Of a DNA stretch of 35,240 nucleotides, positions 1 to 10,040 are shown piece by piece (position 1 is the first letter of the stretch; each line of letters opens with the position of its first letter). Origin of the DNA: Nanobdellati archaeon. Its GTDB lineage: Archaea > EX4484-52 > WAPT01. The stretch lies in the NCBI GenBank assembly GCA_015520605.1, contig WAPT01000015.1, forward strand, positions 1 through 35,240, read 5' to 3'. The translations under genes and the position numbers were made by a program. The notes below the pieces were generated by a model. That model was not told the origin of the DNA, did no database searches, and saw only the letters and a program-made list of their open reading frames with translations.

Positions 1-212
1 AAGAGTGTCTGCATAAGGAAGACGAAATTCGAGAAACCGCAATCAGACTTGAAAGGGAGAAGAACGTTCCGGAATGGCTTGCGGTATATTTTGCATTTCA
101 AATGAATGGATTCCCTCAAGTAGCAATGATAATCAAAAGGCGACTGAGCAAAAAAGAAAGGAAAATTCTGAACAAGATAGACCCGACCCAACTAATTTCC
201 CCTACTCTTTAA
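1..212 (+). CDS. 3' end of a hypothetical protein (partial, enters from left edge)
   Basis: Frame 3 is open from base 3 to TAA at 210-212 (ECLHKEDEIRETAIRLEREKNVPEWLAVYFAF...ISPTL*), followed by a T-rich tract; absent from the ORF track because it has no start in the window. Confidence 0.6.
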   Translation, partial: ECLHKEDEIRETAIRLEREKNVPEWLAVYFAFQMNGFPQVAMIIKRRLSKKERKILNKIDPTQLISPTL

Positions 213-256
213 TTTTTATTTTTCATATTTTTCGGGAAATTTTTCCCAATAATGCA

Positions 257-288
257 GTATCTCAACATATTTAAATAGTTGAAGATAC
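257..288. promoter_or_regulatory. Imperfect inverted repeat centred on a TATA box upstream of the large surface-protein gene
   Basis: GTATC-TCAAC-a-TATTTAAATA-GTTGA-a-GATAC; the arms are complementary and the core is a palindromic TATA box. Confidence 0.45.
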
Positions 289-382
289 AATGAATGGTAA
301 AATTTTGTTGGTAGTGTGAGGTATCCTTATGGGCGAGCGGTGTGGAAGGTGTGAGGGTATTGAAAATAAAGAAAGAATTCTC

Positions 383-3300
383 ATGGCACATCAGATAGCG
401 GTCACTATCCTGCTCTTCCTAAGCGGTATGGTCTACTTCTCGTCATTGGTGTCCGGAGAAAACGTAGGGATCGTTCTCACGCCTGCAGCCGGTACTTCAT
501 GTTACAATTCCTCCTTTTATCAAGTTGCTAAAACAATATCCAATCTTTCTTCTTTTTACCTTGTGGAATTCAACTGTACCGATATGGCGCAACTTAAAGA
601 TCAACTATCCAACTTTTCTGAGGACACACCCATCTATATTGTCATTCAGCCATCGAACCTCACTCCGTCATTTTTGGAAAATATCTTCACAAACCTGTCC
701 TCAATCGATAACGACCCATTTCTAGACTTTCCTTACGGGGTCATAACCGCGGTTACCAACTCCACAGCAGTTGATTTTTTCACAAGGAATGTAACGGTTT
801 TTGACCCATCAAAACTCTATATTTCGTGTGTGCTGGAAAGCTGCACGCCCTTAGGTGGTTTCATACATTCTCTCTACACATCCTCTTCTTATGATGTATT
901 GAAGAATGCCACTGCACCGAAATTCACCATAAAAACTGTGTCTCAGGGTTTTCACTGGCTTGTGTTATGTTCCAACACCTCGGCGGGTAATGTTATCCCC
1001 ATGGCCAACGGAACGTCGGTTATCATCAATTCCACGGGTTGGTATGCGAGTGAAGGCGGAGTAATAAACCTAAAATCTTCGTTTTTTGCAGTACTTGCCT
1101 CCTATTCAGGAAGGTTCGCGGGAAACTCTTCCAGTCCTTACGACATTGGTGCAAACCCTTACACGGATTTTGCTTCTTCACCGCCCGTTGTTTTTACAGA
1201 GGAGGGCGCGGATTATGTTGGGCTCCACTCTTCAAAACTTGCGGGACTGGAAAGTATCTACAATTTGTTCTTCTCTGAATTATTCACAGGATCATCTTTT
1301 CTCGAATCTTCCAAACACTTCAGAAACTACATCATGCTTATGGGAAGAACCACGCAACCCACAGTCGATGTCAACTTCCTGAATTACTTGGCATCATCCC
1401 TTGTGATTGAGGGGAAGGATTTTGGAATTCCTGCGGAACATCTCAGAGACAGAAATTACGCCGTTTCTCTAGTCGAAAGGAGGCAGCTCAACTCCACAGT
1501 TCCTGTTGGTGAACCCATCTGGTGGAAGGACAGGATAGACGTGACGGTTCAGAATCGTGAGCGGTTGCTCTCTTGCGATGGTGGTGTCTGCAGGATAACG
1601 GCCTCTACGCCATTCACGTCTCCATGGATAGTTAATGCGACCCGTAACGGTAGTTCAGTAAACATCACCTTCCTGGCCGGAGCATTCGGTCGTTTCGTGC
1701 CGCAGAGCTCAACCATCAACATCATTGAAGCCAACTCAACGACAGATAATACAACTCTAAGAGCTTTCATTATGAGTTCGAACGAGACAACATACGATGT
1801 GGTGGGAAACACCCCCTTGGTGATTAAGGACTTCGTCGTTGGAAAAAATAACGATACGGTTTATTTTGCCGAGCTTTACTCACCAAACGAAACGCTGCAG
1901 ACCACCACACACGCGCTTGACCTCGTTTACACCACCGCCGGAATCTTCATGAAAACGAGCAGCACCGAATGCACAGGGAATCGAACGGAAGTGAAAATAA
2001 ACTTGGAAAATCCCACATCGAGTACAGTTGAGAATGTTACATTCAACTATACCCTACCCGAACTTTCAACATTTATGAACATCAGCGAGGGCTCTGCAAC
2101 ACTAACCAACAACACGCTTAACGTAGCTCTCGCAAGCTTGAATCCGGGAGAAAAAGTTCTAACCCTTATCTATGCATCAAATCTCAGCCTTCAGGACTAT
2201 GCTTTCTCGCGCACTTCACGTGTTTACAACAGGGGCGAGAATGTGTCATTCAATGCAAGTTTCAAAATTAATGCTGATCTGCTTCAACCCCTCAACTTCA
2301 CGATTAAAGCCATGGCAATATCCCCCAGCGGCACAATTTTCTGGAAGAACACAACCACTTACAGCTCATCGCGTTGGATTAACGTCAGCTATACCTTAAC
2401 AGTCAGTGAAAACCACCCTGACGGCAGAAATCTGCTGATGATAGAGATATATGATAATACTACAGGTTTACCACTTCTCAATTACTCATTCGAATTTAAC
2501 ACAACATCAAAACTCAAGCTTATTTCTGTGGGTGGTGTTGACAACTCGGTGACGTTCAATAAAACGAGCCATATCGCGAATCTTTCCAAGGGATGGTTTT
2601 TCAATATGACGGATAGTATATTTCTGACAGGAACCGTCAACAACTATAATGACGAGCCTCTTGCCGGGGTTGTGGTTAATGTATCTCTCATACGGGGAGA
2701 TAATGGCGCACTCATAGCGAGCACGAACACAACCACGACTTCGGGAGGCAGTTACAACGCCACCATTTCATGGCAAACAGATTATGCTGGAGAGGCTAGT
2801 CTAAAGATTTGCGCTTACGATAACTTCAATAATTCCGCATGCTACACAAGGAAAATTTACCTCACGACATTCATAGAGAACTCATCAGCGTCTTTCAACA
2901 TCACGCAATCGAATCACGGGCTTTATATTTTCAACGATGAGGACAAGATTTTTGTGATTGTTGATGTATGTGGAAGCAACAGAATGCCTGTTTATGGAGC
3001 TGATGTAAAACTCGAAGCTCCATCCGTAACGACTTCTGGAAGTGTTACGTCGGCCACGACTAACAGTGACGGAGAGGCAACACTTGTTCTCGTTCCGTGG
3101 AGCGAGAGTGGAACCTATACTCTAAATATAAGCGTTACAGACCCGCTTAACATCTCAAAAAAATATTACCATACGTTGACCTTCACAATTTTAGATATAA
3201 AAAGGTGGAAGTACAACGGAAATTCTCGAACAATAATTTACAAACAGGAACCATTAACGGCGTTTGTGGATCACGCCGTCGAACTTTACGGGAACGTTAC

Positions 3301-4612
3301 TTTGAATGGGGGTAACTCCGACTGGATAGTGTCCAGAATAATAAACCACATAAAGCTCATGGCAGGAGGCTCTGATGTGACGAGACTTTCTTCATGCAGA
3401 ATCGCGGATTATCCCTCATCTTCAGACCCGACTTTCAGAATAGAGTGTGTGCCTAAGGTAAAAGAAGAACATTGTCTGTACTTGAATGTTTCCGCGAATT
3501 ACGATGGGAGGATGATCTATGAGTACAATATTCCTTATTGTTTCAAGGTTAAAGATAACACAACAACTTCCAAGACCGCCCAGCAGTCATCGGAACAACG
3601 AAGTAATGGTATTATAAAAACATGTAAAAGCAATGATGAGTGTGATACCGGAGAGCACTGTTTCAATGGTTTTTGTGAACCTCTGAAATGCGGTGCTGAT
3701 GAGGTCATATATGATCATATTTGTGTCCGACCAAATGAACTTTACAAATTGGAACTTGTGGTTCCAAAACTTTTAATAAAAAGAAATTCAAAATCGACGT
3801 ACATCATTACCGTCAAAAACGAGGGCATGAAGCCGCTGAGATATGTGAGTATTCATATAGCTTCAAAGGCGCTGAATTTTAACGGATGGTATGTCTTCCA
3901 CGGATCAAATACTGTGTCTGTACTGAGCCCTCACGCATCCCACAACTTTACCGTTGAGTTCAGAGCATTACCGAGCATGAGTATAGGAGAGTACCCGCTC
4001 GTGATAAAAGCCATTTCAAAGGACGGAACCACCGCCACGGTGAGTACAAATCTAAAAGTTGTTCCAAATGAAGAGGATGTACAGAAACTCAAGCAGTCAT
4101 TCAAAACCATAAAAGCGAATTTAACCAAACTTCACGAGGATATCATCGAACTTTTGAAGAGCAGAAATACGACGGAGCTGAGAATCGCGAAGCTGAAAGT
4201 GGAGAAAGCGATGGAAATTTTCAATACATCCGTTCAACTGTTCCAGAAGGGAGACTACTTTTCAGCATACCGGAAAATGAAGGAAGTCACAAGACTCCTT
4301 GAAAGCGCAAACAACCTTTACATTAAGGAAAAGGGAGCTCACGAAAAGGCACAAAAATTTAAAAGAACGATAATCACGATATTTGCCATTCTTGGAATCG
4401 GAGCGGGGATCTTTTACTATTTATGGATCCCTCCGAAAGTGGAAGTGAGGCCGGTATATTCCTATAGTGGTAGTCGAGGACGCATCGAAGTTTTTGAAAA
4501 GATTGAGGACGCTGTGAGAAAATTCAAAGAGTCAATTAAAAAATGGATTTCCAAGAAAAAAGGAGAAAAATCACGGTATAATTATCACAGGAGGAGGAGG
4601 TGGAGATTTTGA
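383..4612 (+). CDS. Large secreted, membrane-anchored surface glycoprotein (degenerate peptidase C25/caspase-like N-domain, Ig-like repeats, Cys-rich motif, CARDB/NEW3-like domain, coiled coil, C-terminal TM)
   Basis: Start moved to ATG 383, which opens a hydrophobic signal sequence (MAHQIAVTILLFLSGMVYF); very many N-x-S/T sequons; CKSNDECDTGEHCFNGFC motif; TM IITIFAILGIGAGIFYYLW followed by a basic tail. Confidence 0.85.
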   Translation: MAHQIAVTILLFLSGMVYFSSLVSGENVGIVLTPAAGTSCYNSSFYQVAKTISNLSSFYLVEFNCTDMAQLKDQLSNFSEDTPIYIVIQPSNLTPSFLENIFTNLSSIDNDPFLDFPYGVITAVTNSTAVDFFTRNVTVFDPSKLYISCVLESCTPLGGFIHSLYTSSSYDVLKNATAPKFTIKTVSQGFHWLVLCSNTSAGNVIPMANGTSVIINSTGWYASEGGVINLKSSFFAVLASYSGRFAGNSSSPYDIGANPYTDFASSPPVVFTEEGADYVGLHSSKLAGLESIYNLFFSELFTGSSFLESSKHFRNYIMLMGRTTQPTVDVNFLNYLASSLVIEGKDFGIPAEHLRDRNYAVSLVERRQLNSTVPVGEPIWWKDRIDVTVQNRERLLSCDGGVCRITASTPFTSPWIVNATRNGSSVNITFLAGAFGRFVPQSSTINIIEANSTTDNTTLRAFIMSSNETTYDVVGNTPLVIKDFVVGKNNDTVYFAELYSPNETLQTTTHALDLVYTTAGIFMKTSSTECTGNRTEVKINLENPTSSTVENVTFNYTLPELSTFMNISEGSATLTNNTLNVALASLNPGEKVLTLIYASNLSLQDYAFSRTSRVYNRGENVSFNASFKINADLLQPLNFTIKAMAISPSGTIFWKNTTTYSSSRWINVSYTLTVSENHPDGRNLLMIEIYDNTTGLPLLNYSFEFNTTSKLKLISVGGVDNSVTFNKTSHIANLSKGWFFNMTDSIFLTGTVNNYNDEPLAGVVVNVSLIRGDNGALIASTNTTTTSGGSYNATISWQTDYAGEASLKICAYDNFNNSACYTRKIYLTTFIENSSASFNITQSNHGLYIFNDEDKIFVIVDVCGSNRMPVYGADVKLEAPSVTTSGSVTSATTNSDGEATLVLVPWSESGTYTLNISVTDPLNISKKYYHTLTFTILDIKRWKYNGNSRTIIYKQEPLTAFVDHAVELYGNVTLNGGNSDWIVSRIINHIKLMAGGSDVTRLSSCRIADYPSSSDPTFRIECVPKVKEEHCLYLNVSANYDGRMIYEYNIPYCFKVKDNTTTSKTAQQSSEQRSNGIIKTCKSNDECDTGEHCFNGFCEPLKCGADEVIYDHICVRPNELYKLELVVPKLLIKRNSKSTYIITVKNEGMKPLRYVSIHIASKALNFNGWYVFHGSNTVSVLSPHASHNFTVEFRALPSMSIGEYPLVIKAISKDGTTATVSTNLKVVPNEEDVQKLKQSFKTIKANLTKLHEDIIELLKSRNTTELRIAKLKVEKAMEIFNTSVQLFQKGDYFSAYRKMKEVTRLLESANNLYIKEKGAHEKAQKFKRTIITIFAILGIGAGIFYYLWIPPKVEVRPVYSYSGSRGRIEVFEKIEDAVRKFKESIKKWISKKKGEKSRYNYHRRRRWRF

Positions 4613-5556
4613 GAAATTCTGTTGTGCTGGCAATATTGCTCTTTTTTGCATGCGTCTTTTCAGCATGTTTTTTTGCAGTTAAAGCAAAGGTTGGGATGTT
4701 GGTTTACGCCCCGTTTCATTATGTCTATTTAATCAAAGAAAAACCGCTGGGGAATGAAGTCCTGTTACTGATTTTATCTTCCATAATGCTGGGCATGGCC
4801 CTAGGTATTTATGGTTATATTACAGTCAACAAAAAAAAGAACCCGGGTTTGCTTATACTCTTGGCGTCAATTTCTGCGATATTCTATCTATTTTTCTTTT
4901 CACGTTGCGTTGCCTTTTTTGTTTCCGCGGGGTGGTTTGTGATGCTTCTTTTTTTCTCGAAAAGTATTTCTTCCAATCTCGAAGCCTACAGGAAACCGAA
5001 ATATTTTTCCATAACATCGGGAGCCGTGAAGAGCACATTTACGATATTTTCCTTAATGACGTGTATTGGGATCTTTCTTTTTCTTCAGAACAACCCAAAT
5101 GTCACGAATTCCATGATTTCCGGGTTTTTTCAGTGCGTGTTTCAGCAATCAGGAACGTTTCAATCTCAAATACGGCAGGCACAGCTAAATTTCACCATGC
5201 AAACCCTTGATATGATAGAGAGCATTCTTCTGACCACATCACGATCCTACCTCACACCCGAATGTAGCAGACAACTTACTGAAATGTACAGAAACATAGA
5301 TAACGCGACACGCGAAGCCATACTCAGACGTCTCGAGGAAGAAAACGGAACCAGTACACAGCAGTATGTTAATTACGCAGTTCAACATCTTGGAATATAC
5401 CGAAAGCTAAGGACAGTATTTCCCCTAATCTTTGCACTTTCCATGCTCGCAATTATCGAAACCGTTAAAAGTCTGATAATCGCACCTATGGCGGGTATGG
5501 TCTTCCGGGGGCTGAATGGTTGTAAAAAATACGCAACGGATTCTAAAAAATCGTAA
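4600..5556 (+). CDS. Multi-pass membrane protein of unknown function, probably co-transcribed with the surface protein
   Basis: 318-aa ORF, GTG start overlapping the upstream gene end and preceded by GGAGGAGG; several hydrophobic segments plus a soluble loop. Confidence 0.75.
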   Translation: MEILRNSVVLAILLFFACVFSACFFAVKAKVGMLVYAPFHYVYLIKEKPLGNEVLLLILSSIMLGMALGIYGYITVNKKKNPGLLILLASISAIFYLFFFSRCVAFFVSAGWFVMLLFFSKSISSNLEAYRKPKYFSITSGAVKSTFTIFSLMTCIGIFLFLQNNPNVTNSMISGFFQCVFQQSGTFQSQIRQAQLNFTMQTLDMIESILLTTSRSYLTPECSRQLTEMYRNIDNATREAILRRLEEENGTSTQQYVNYAVQHLGIYRKLRTVFPLIFALSMLAIIETVKSLIIAPMAGMVFRGLNGCKKYATDSKKS

Positions 5557-5678
5557 AATAATAAATTGTGAGCCCACATGTGTCTCATTGATATCGTGCT
5601 TCATAATGAATTCTGCAAAACCATGGCGGACAATTGCCGGTAAACTATATGGGACGGGGATCGAACTCAACTAACTTT

Positions 5679-5698
5679 TTAATTTTTGCAAAAATTAA
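5679..5698. promoter_or_regulatory. Perfect 20-bp palindrome, candidate autoregulatory operator
   Basis: TTAATTTTTGCAAAAATTAA overlaps the TTTTTAA TATA-like element and ends 8 nt before the regulator ATG at 5707. Confidence 0.55.
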
Positions 5699-5706
5699 TG
5701 CAAGGT

Positions 5707-6084
5707 ATGAAACCTTTTTGCGAGATTGTGGTCATGAGGGTTCTTCCCGTCCTTAGAGCTTTACTCGCTCAGGAGCTCGAGAAAATGGGATACACACAGG
5801 TGGAAATCGCAAAGCTCCTGCACACGACCCAACCCGCAATATCTCAATACAGGAGAAGACTGAGGGGGAAAGCCGCTATGGAGCTTTTCGAAAAAAACGA
5901 GACTCTTCTGAACGAAGTTAAACGATCAGCATCCAATCTCGTGAGAAAAAGATCCGATTTTGCGGAGGAGATCTGCAGACTGTGCACATTTGTAAGGGAA
6001 AATAACATCCTGTGTGCGATCTGCCCTGAGCTCACTCGATCGGAGCGTGGTGATTGTGGCGGATGTGAATACTACAAACCTTAA
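5707..6084 (+). CDS. Archaeal HTH transcriptional regulator (COG2522-like) with Cys-rich C-terminus
   Basis: MKPFCEIVVMRVLPVLRALLAQEL..GYTQVEIAKLLHTTQPAISQY matches this family; C-terminal CRLC, CAIC, CGGC. Confidence 0.85.
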   Translation: MKPFCEIVVMRVLPVLRALLAQELEKMGYTQVEIAKLLHTTQPAISQYRRRLRGKAAMELFEKNETLLNEVKRSASNLVRKRSDFAEEICRLCTFVRENNILCAICPELTRSERGDCGGCEYYKP

Positions 6085-6125
6085 AAAATTACTCCCATAC
6101 ATGAAAAGGATAAGGTGAGTAAAAA

Positions 6126-7277
6126 ATGACCAAAAAGAAAAGGAAGGATAAGAATACAAAAAGGACATCTTCTGCAAGAGATAGATCGAAAGTTAAAACA
6201 AAAACATCCGTAGAGAGGGAAACATCAAAACATAAAAATAAAGGTTCAGCAAGGGAAGGAGCAGAGATCAATCTCTGGAAGACCCTCAGCGGGGTACTCG
6301 CAATTGCGCTACTATTCACCGTAGTCTGGGTGGTTTTCTATGCTTCATCACCAAACACCACATCATCCAGAACAACAACGACTCAGGAATCAGGTGCGCA
6401 GGGAGATCAACTAATATTCATATCTTCGTCGGCATGTCAGAAATGCAACACCTACACCTCAGATATGAAACATATAGCTTCGAGCATAGGAGCGAGATAT
6501 AGGAAAGTGGATTATATGTACCCCGTGAGCTATCCGGGGTTCATCCTGATAAGGAACGGCACGCTTTACTTGACTGGCTTCGAGGACAGGGAGCAACTCT
6601 ACAGGATAATATGCACCATAACAAACAGCACCAAGATCTGCGAAGAGTACAACAAAATCGTTGAGAACAATGTCAACAAGACCGACAAACCGATTGTGAA
6701 GTTTTTCGTAATGAGTTTCTGCCCGTTTGGTCAGCAGATGGAAAAAGTGATGTATCCAGTCTACAAGAAATTCAAAGGTCTTGTGACGTTTGATCCACAC
6801 TATGTTATTTACAGCAATTATGGAGGGAAGAACTACTGCTACGATAAGAATCAGCGCTACTGTTCAATGCACGGCAGAAATGAAGTAGTGGAAGATGTAA
6901 GGCAATTGTGTATAAAGAAATATTATGACAGCGACACATGGTGGAAGTATGTGATGTACGTGGACGAGAACTGTAGCATCAATAATATAAATACCTGCTG
7001 GAAGGACGCAGCAAAATATGCAGGAATCAACACGACCAAAGTTGAGGAGTGTGTGTCGAACGAGGCAGAACAGCTCTTGGAAGCGGAGTTGCAGCTTAAT
7101 CACAAGTACAACGTGAGGGGGTCGCCAACAGTCTTCATAAACGACGTGCTGTACAGGGGAGAGAGGACTCCACAGGCATTCCAGGATATGCTCTGTAAGA
7201 GTTTCACAAACACGCCGGCGCTCTGCAACACATCGGTAAATGCTTCAACAGCTTCAGCATCAGGGTCGTGCGGCTGA
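6126..7277 (+). CDS. Membrane-anchored extracellular thioredoxin-fold (DsbA/GILT-like) protein
   Basis: Basic N-terminus, one TM helix, CQKC domain, then FFVMSFCPFG, CSMHG.NE and VRGSPTVFIN (cis-Pro loop) motifs. Confidence 0.8.
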   Translation: MTKKKRKDKNTKRTSSARDRSKVKTKTSVERETSKHKNKGSAREGAEINLWKTLSGVLAIALLFTVVWVVFYASSPNTTSSRTTTTQESGAQGDQLIFISSSACQKCNTYTSDMKHIASSIGARYRKVDYMYPVSYPGFILIRNGTLYLTGFEDREQLYRIICTITNSTKICEEYNKIVENNVNKTDKPIVKFFVMSFCPFGQQMEKVMYPVYKKFKGLVTFDPHYVIYSNYGGKNYCYDKNQRYCSMHGRNEVVEDVRQLCIKKYYDSDTWWKYVMYVDENCSINNINTCWKDAAKYAGINTTKVEECVSNEAEQLLEAELQLNHKYNVRGSPTVFINDVLYRGERTPQAFQDMLCKSFTNTPALCNTSVNASTASASGSCG

Positions 7278-7296
7278 AACAAACCAACTTAAAGGG

Positions 7297-7330
7297 CTTT
7301 TCTTTTTACATTTTTTGTTTTAATTCTTTT
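7297..7330 (+). terminator. Oligo-T archaeal terminator-like tract
   Basis: Several T runs directly after the 7277 stop. Confidence 0.35.
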
Positions 7331-7332
7331 TG

Positions 7333-9390
7333 ATGAAGTTTAGATTCAGAGATGTAAACGAGTACTGCGAACACTTTCTTGAACTGGTGGAACTCGAGAG
7401 AAAGGCCGAAATGAAATTCCACATGGATGAAATCAAAAAGCTTTCTCCCGAGGAGAGAGAAAGGAAGGGCAGAGCCATAACCTATCTCCGTCTGAGGTAT
7501 GAGGGCACGTTTCTGCTCAAATTCGCGTATTCTTTCAGAAAGGTTGACAGCAGCAGACTTCCGGAAAACGAGATAAAGGTCGGAGATGTGGTTCTTGCGA
7601 GCAACATCAACCCTCTGAAAGACGGAAGGGAAGGAGTGGTGATAGAGAAGACTCCGTACTCTATAGTTGTGCTGTTTCAGGAAAGGCTACCAGCTGCGTG
7701 GAAAAAGACAAGGTTAAGACTTGACCTTTACTGCAACGACACCACATTCCAGAGGATGAAGGATGCGCTCAACCTTCTTAGAGAGGGGAGATCGGAGTTC
7801 AGCATTAGCCTCCTGTTGGGGATGAAAAAGAGAAAAGTAAGTCCTTATAGAAATCCGGAGGGTAAAGCGGACATCACCTTCTTTAACAGGAGGCTCAATC
7901 CGAGCCAGAAGGACGCTGTTTCAAGAGCTTTGGCGGAGGAGCAGCTTTTCCTCATTCACGGCCCGCCCGGGACGGGGAAGACAACAACATGTGTTGAGAT
8001 AATAAAGCAGCTGGTGGCAAGAGGCAAGAAAGTGCTTGTCTGCGCTGATTCCAATACAGCGGTCGATAATATAGTTGAGAAGCTCGCTGGCAAGGTTTAT
8101 GTTGTGAGGCTCGGTCATCCTGCAAGGATATCTAGAAAGCTCTACGAAACCACGCTGGATTTTAGGATCGCATCAAGCGAGGAAGGCGAGCTGATTGAAA
8201 AGCTGACGGAAAGGATGGAAGCCTTGAAGAAGAAAAGAAGCACACTCACACGACCCTCTCCAGCCATGAGGAGGGGCCTAACCAACGAGCAGATAATGAA
8301 ACTTGCACGAAAGTCGAGAGGCGCGAGAGGGGTGAGTAGCAAGAAGATAAAGGAAATGGCACTGTGGCTCACATATACCTCATCTTTGAGGGAGATGACA
8401 AAAAGGAGACAAAGTCTTATGGAACGGGCTGCAAAAAGAATTCTCAGTTCAGCCCAGGTTGTGTGCACCACGAATGCCGGAGCTTTTTCTGAGTTTCTCA
8501 GGGAAGATAGGTTTGATGTTGTGGTTATAGATGAGGCAACGCAGGCAACCGAGCCGTCATGCCTCATGCCGGTGATAAAAGCGCCAAAGGTCATAATGGC
8601 CGGAGACCATAAGCAACTTCCGCCAACCATTCTTAGCGAGGAAGCCAAGAAGAAGGGACTCGAGCTCACAATGTTCGAGAGGTTCATGAAGCTTTATGGA
8701 AAGACGAACTCCATAATGCTTGAGTACCAGTACAGGATGAATCCGCTGCTCGTTGAGTTCCCCAACAGGAAATTCTACAGCGGAAGGCTGGGGTCAGACA
8801 CCTCGGTGAACAATATAACGGTGCTCGACCTGATAAAAAAGGAACACCTCAAACTCACCGATAAGCTCGATTGCGCGTGCTATTCCACCACACCTCTCGT
8901 TTGGATCGACACCTCGAAGCTTTTAAAAAAATCTGAGCACAGACGCGCGGAGAGCACATCACTGGAAAATATCCTGGAAGCCAGTATTGTGCAGGAACTC
9001 GTAAACAGGCTTGTTTCTGCTGGCGTGGAGAGATCGGCGATAGGAATCATAACCCCTTACAAGGATCAGAAGGAGCTGTTGATCAAGATGTTGGCGGAGG
9101 GTGTGGAAGTCAACACCGTCGATGGCTTCCAAGGGAGGGAGAAAGAGATAATTATTCTCTCCCTCGTCAGAAGCAATGAAGAGAAGAAGATCGGCTTTCT
9201 CAAGGATGAGCGCAGACTCAATGTTGCGATAACCCGCGCAAGAAGAAAGCTGATAGTGGTGGCGGATGCTTCAACACTACACTCATACCCTCTCTACAGA
9301 GACTTCATAAGCTTTGTCAAGAGAAAGGGCAAGTTCATCCAACTGGAGGAAAAAGATATCAGCGGGATTTTCCAAGCTGAACCCTTCTAA
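7333..9390 (+). CDS. IGHMBP2/Upf1-like superfamily 1 helicase
   Basis: GPPGTGKT Walker A, DEATQ, GDHKQLPP, QYRM, VDGFQGREK and RLNVAITRARRKL motifs. Confidence 0.95.
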   Translation: MKFRFRDVNEYCEHFLELVELERKAEMKFHMDEIKKLSPEERERKGRAITYLRLRYEGTFLLKFAYSFRKVDSSRLPENEIKVGDVVLASNINPLKDGREGVVIEKTPYSIVVLFQERLPAAWKKTRLRLDLYCNDTTFQRMKDALNLLREGRSEFSISLLLGMKKRKVSPYRNPEGKADITFFNRRLNPSQKDAVSRALAEEQLFLIHGPPGTGKTTTCVEIIKQLVARGKKVLVCADSNTAVDNIVEKLAGKVYVVRLGHPARISRKLYETTLDFRIASSEEGELIEKLTERMEALKKKRSTLTRPSPAMRRGLTNEQIMKLARKSRGARGVSSKKIKEMALWLTYTSSLREMTKRRQSLMERAAKRILSSAQVVCTTNAGAFSEFLREDRFDVVVIDEATQATEPSCLMPVIKAPKVIMAGDHKQLPPTILSEEAKKKGLELTMFERFMKLYGKTNSIMLEYQYRMNPLLVEFPNRKFYSGRLGSDTSVNNITVLDLIKKEHLKLTDKLDCACYSTTPLVWIDTSKLLKKSEHRRAESTSLENILEASIVQELVNRLVSAGVERSAIGIITPYKDQKELLIKMLAEGVEVNTVDGFQGREKEIIILSLVRSNEEKKIGFLKDERRLNVAITRARRKLIVVADASTLHSYPLYRDFISFVKRKGKFIQLEEKDISGIFQAEPF

Positions 9391-9988
9391 TAGTCCCGCT
9401 TGGCTCTTCCTCCTCGAAGGCCTCAACCCTGAAGCGGTAGATCTTTGCGTCCTTTCTTTTCCAGCAGGAGGTATCCCACAGCCCGGCTTTCAGGCAGAGA
9501 TGGGAGAGGAAAGTTTCCTTATCTGGAAGCTGCTCCCATACCTGTGGGAGAAAGAGCCCTCTCGCATCGCCAACCTCAAGAATGAGACCGTCCACAAACG
9601 GCACTATTTTTTCTAGCAACTCATCTGGACTTGAGTATTCTATCCGTTCGGGGGGTGTCAGCACAGACACCTCAAATACAACTTTCTCAAGCTCATCTCT
9701 TCTAAGGGGTGGAAAGCGAGGATCCTCAAAAGCAGCAGAAATGGCAGAGCTTACAACCGCTTTGCATAACCCCTTTAGTGGATGAGGAATCCCTATGCAC
9801 CCTCTTAGCTCCTTTTCGGGATAAGTGTGAATGGTTACGAATGTTCCCATTTTTTTGGCAAGAACACCGGAAGCATTCCCGCACAGTTCATCCTCTAGCT
9901 CCACAAGCTTCTCCTCAAAGCTCAGTTCAACAGCCCTCCTCGCGAGTCTTACGAGCTCAGCGCCAACCTCATCGCTTACCACAGGCAT
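9359..9988 (-). CDS. AMMECR1-domain protein (AmmeMemoRadiSam protein A)
   Basis: GTFVT, LRGCIG, AAFEDPRF, EVSVLTPP, GLFLPQV and LCLKAG motifs. Confidence 0.95.
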   Translation of the reverse strand: MPVVSDEVGAELVRLARRAVELSFEEKLVELEDELCGNASGVLAKKMGTFVTIHTYPEKELRGCIGIPHPLKGLCKAVVSSAISAAFEDPRFPPLRRDELEKVVFEVSVLTPPERIEYSSPDELLEKIVPFVDGLILEVGDARGLFLPQVWEQLPDKETFLSHLCLKAGLWDTSCWKRKDAKIYRFRVEAFEEEEPSGTIRRVQLGKSR

Positions 9989-10040
9989 ACCTTTTTATTT
10001 TTCTTCCAAATTAATTAAAATGTCTTTCTTGTTACTTTCC

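Noticed and set aside
5651-5672. Minus-strand GAGTTCGATCCCC resembling a tRNA T-arm or att remnant
   Set aside because: No complete T-stem or acceptor stem, and no match to either tRNA in the window
7333-9390. SF1 helicase as part of a defence system
   Set aside because: Ordinary IGHMBP2-like architecture with no fused nuclease and no defence-type neighbours
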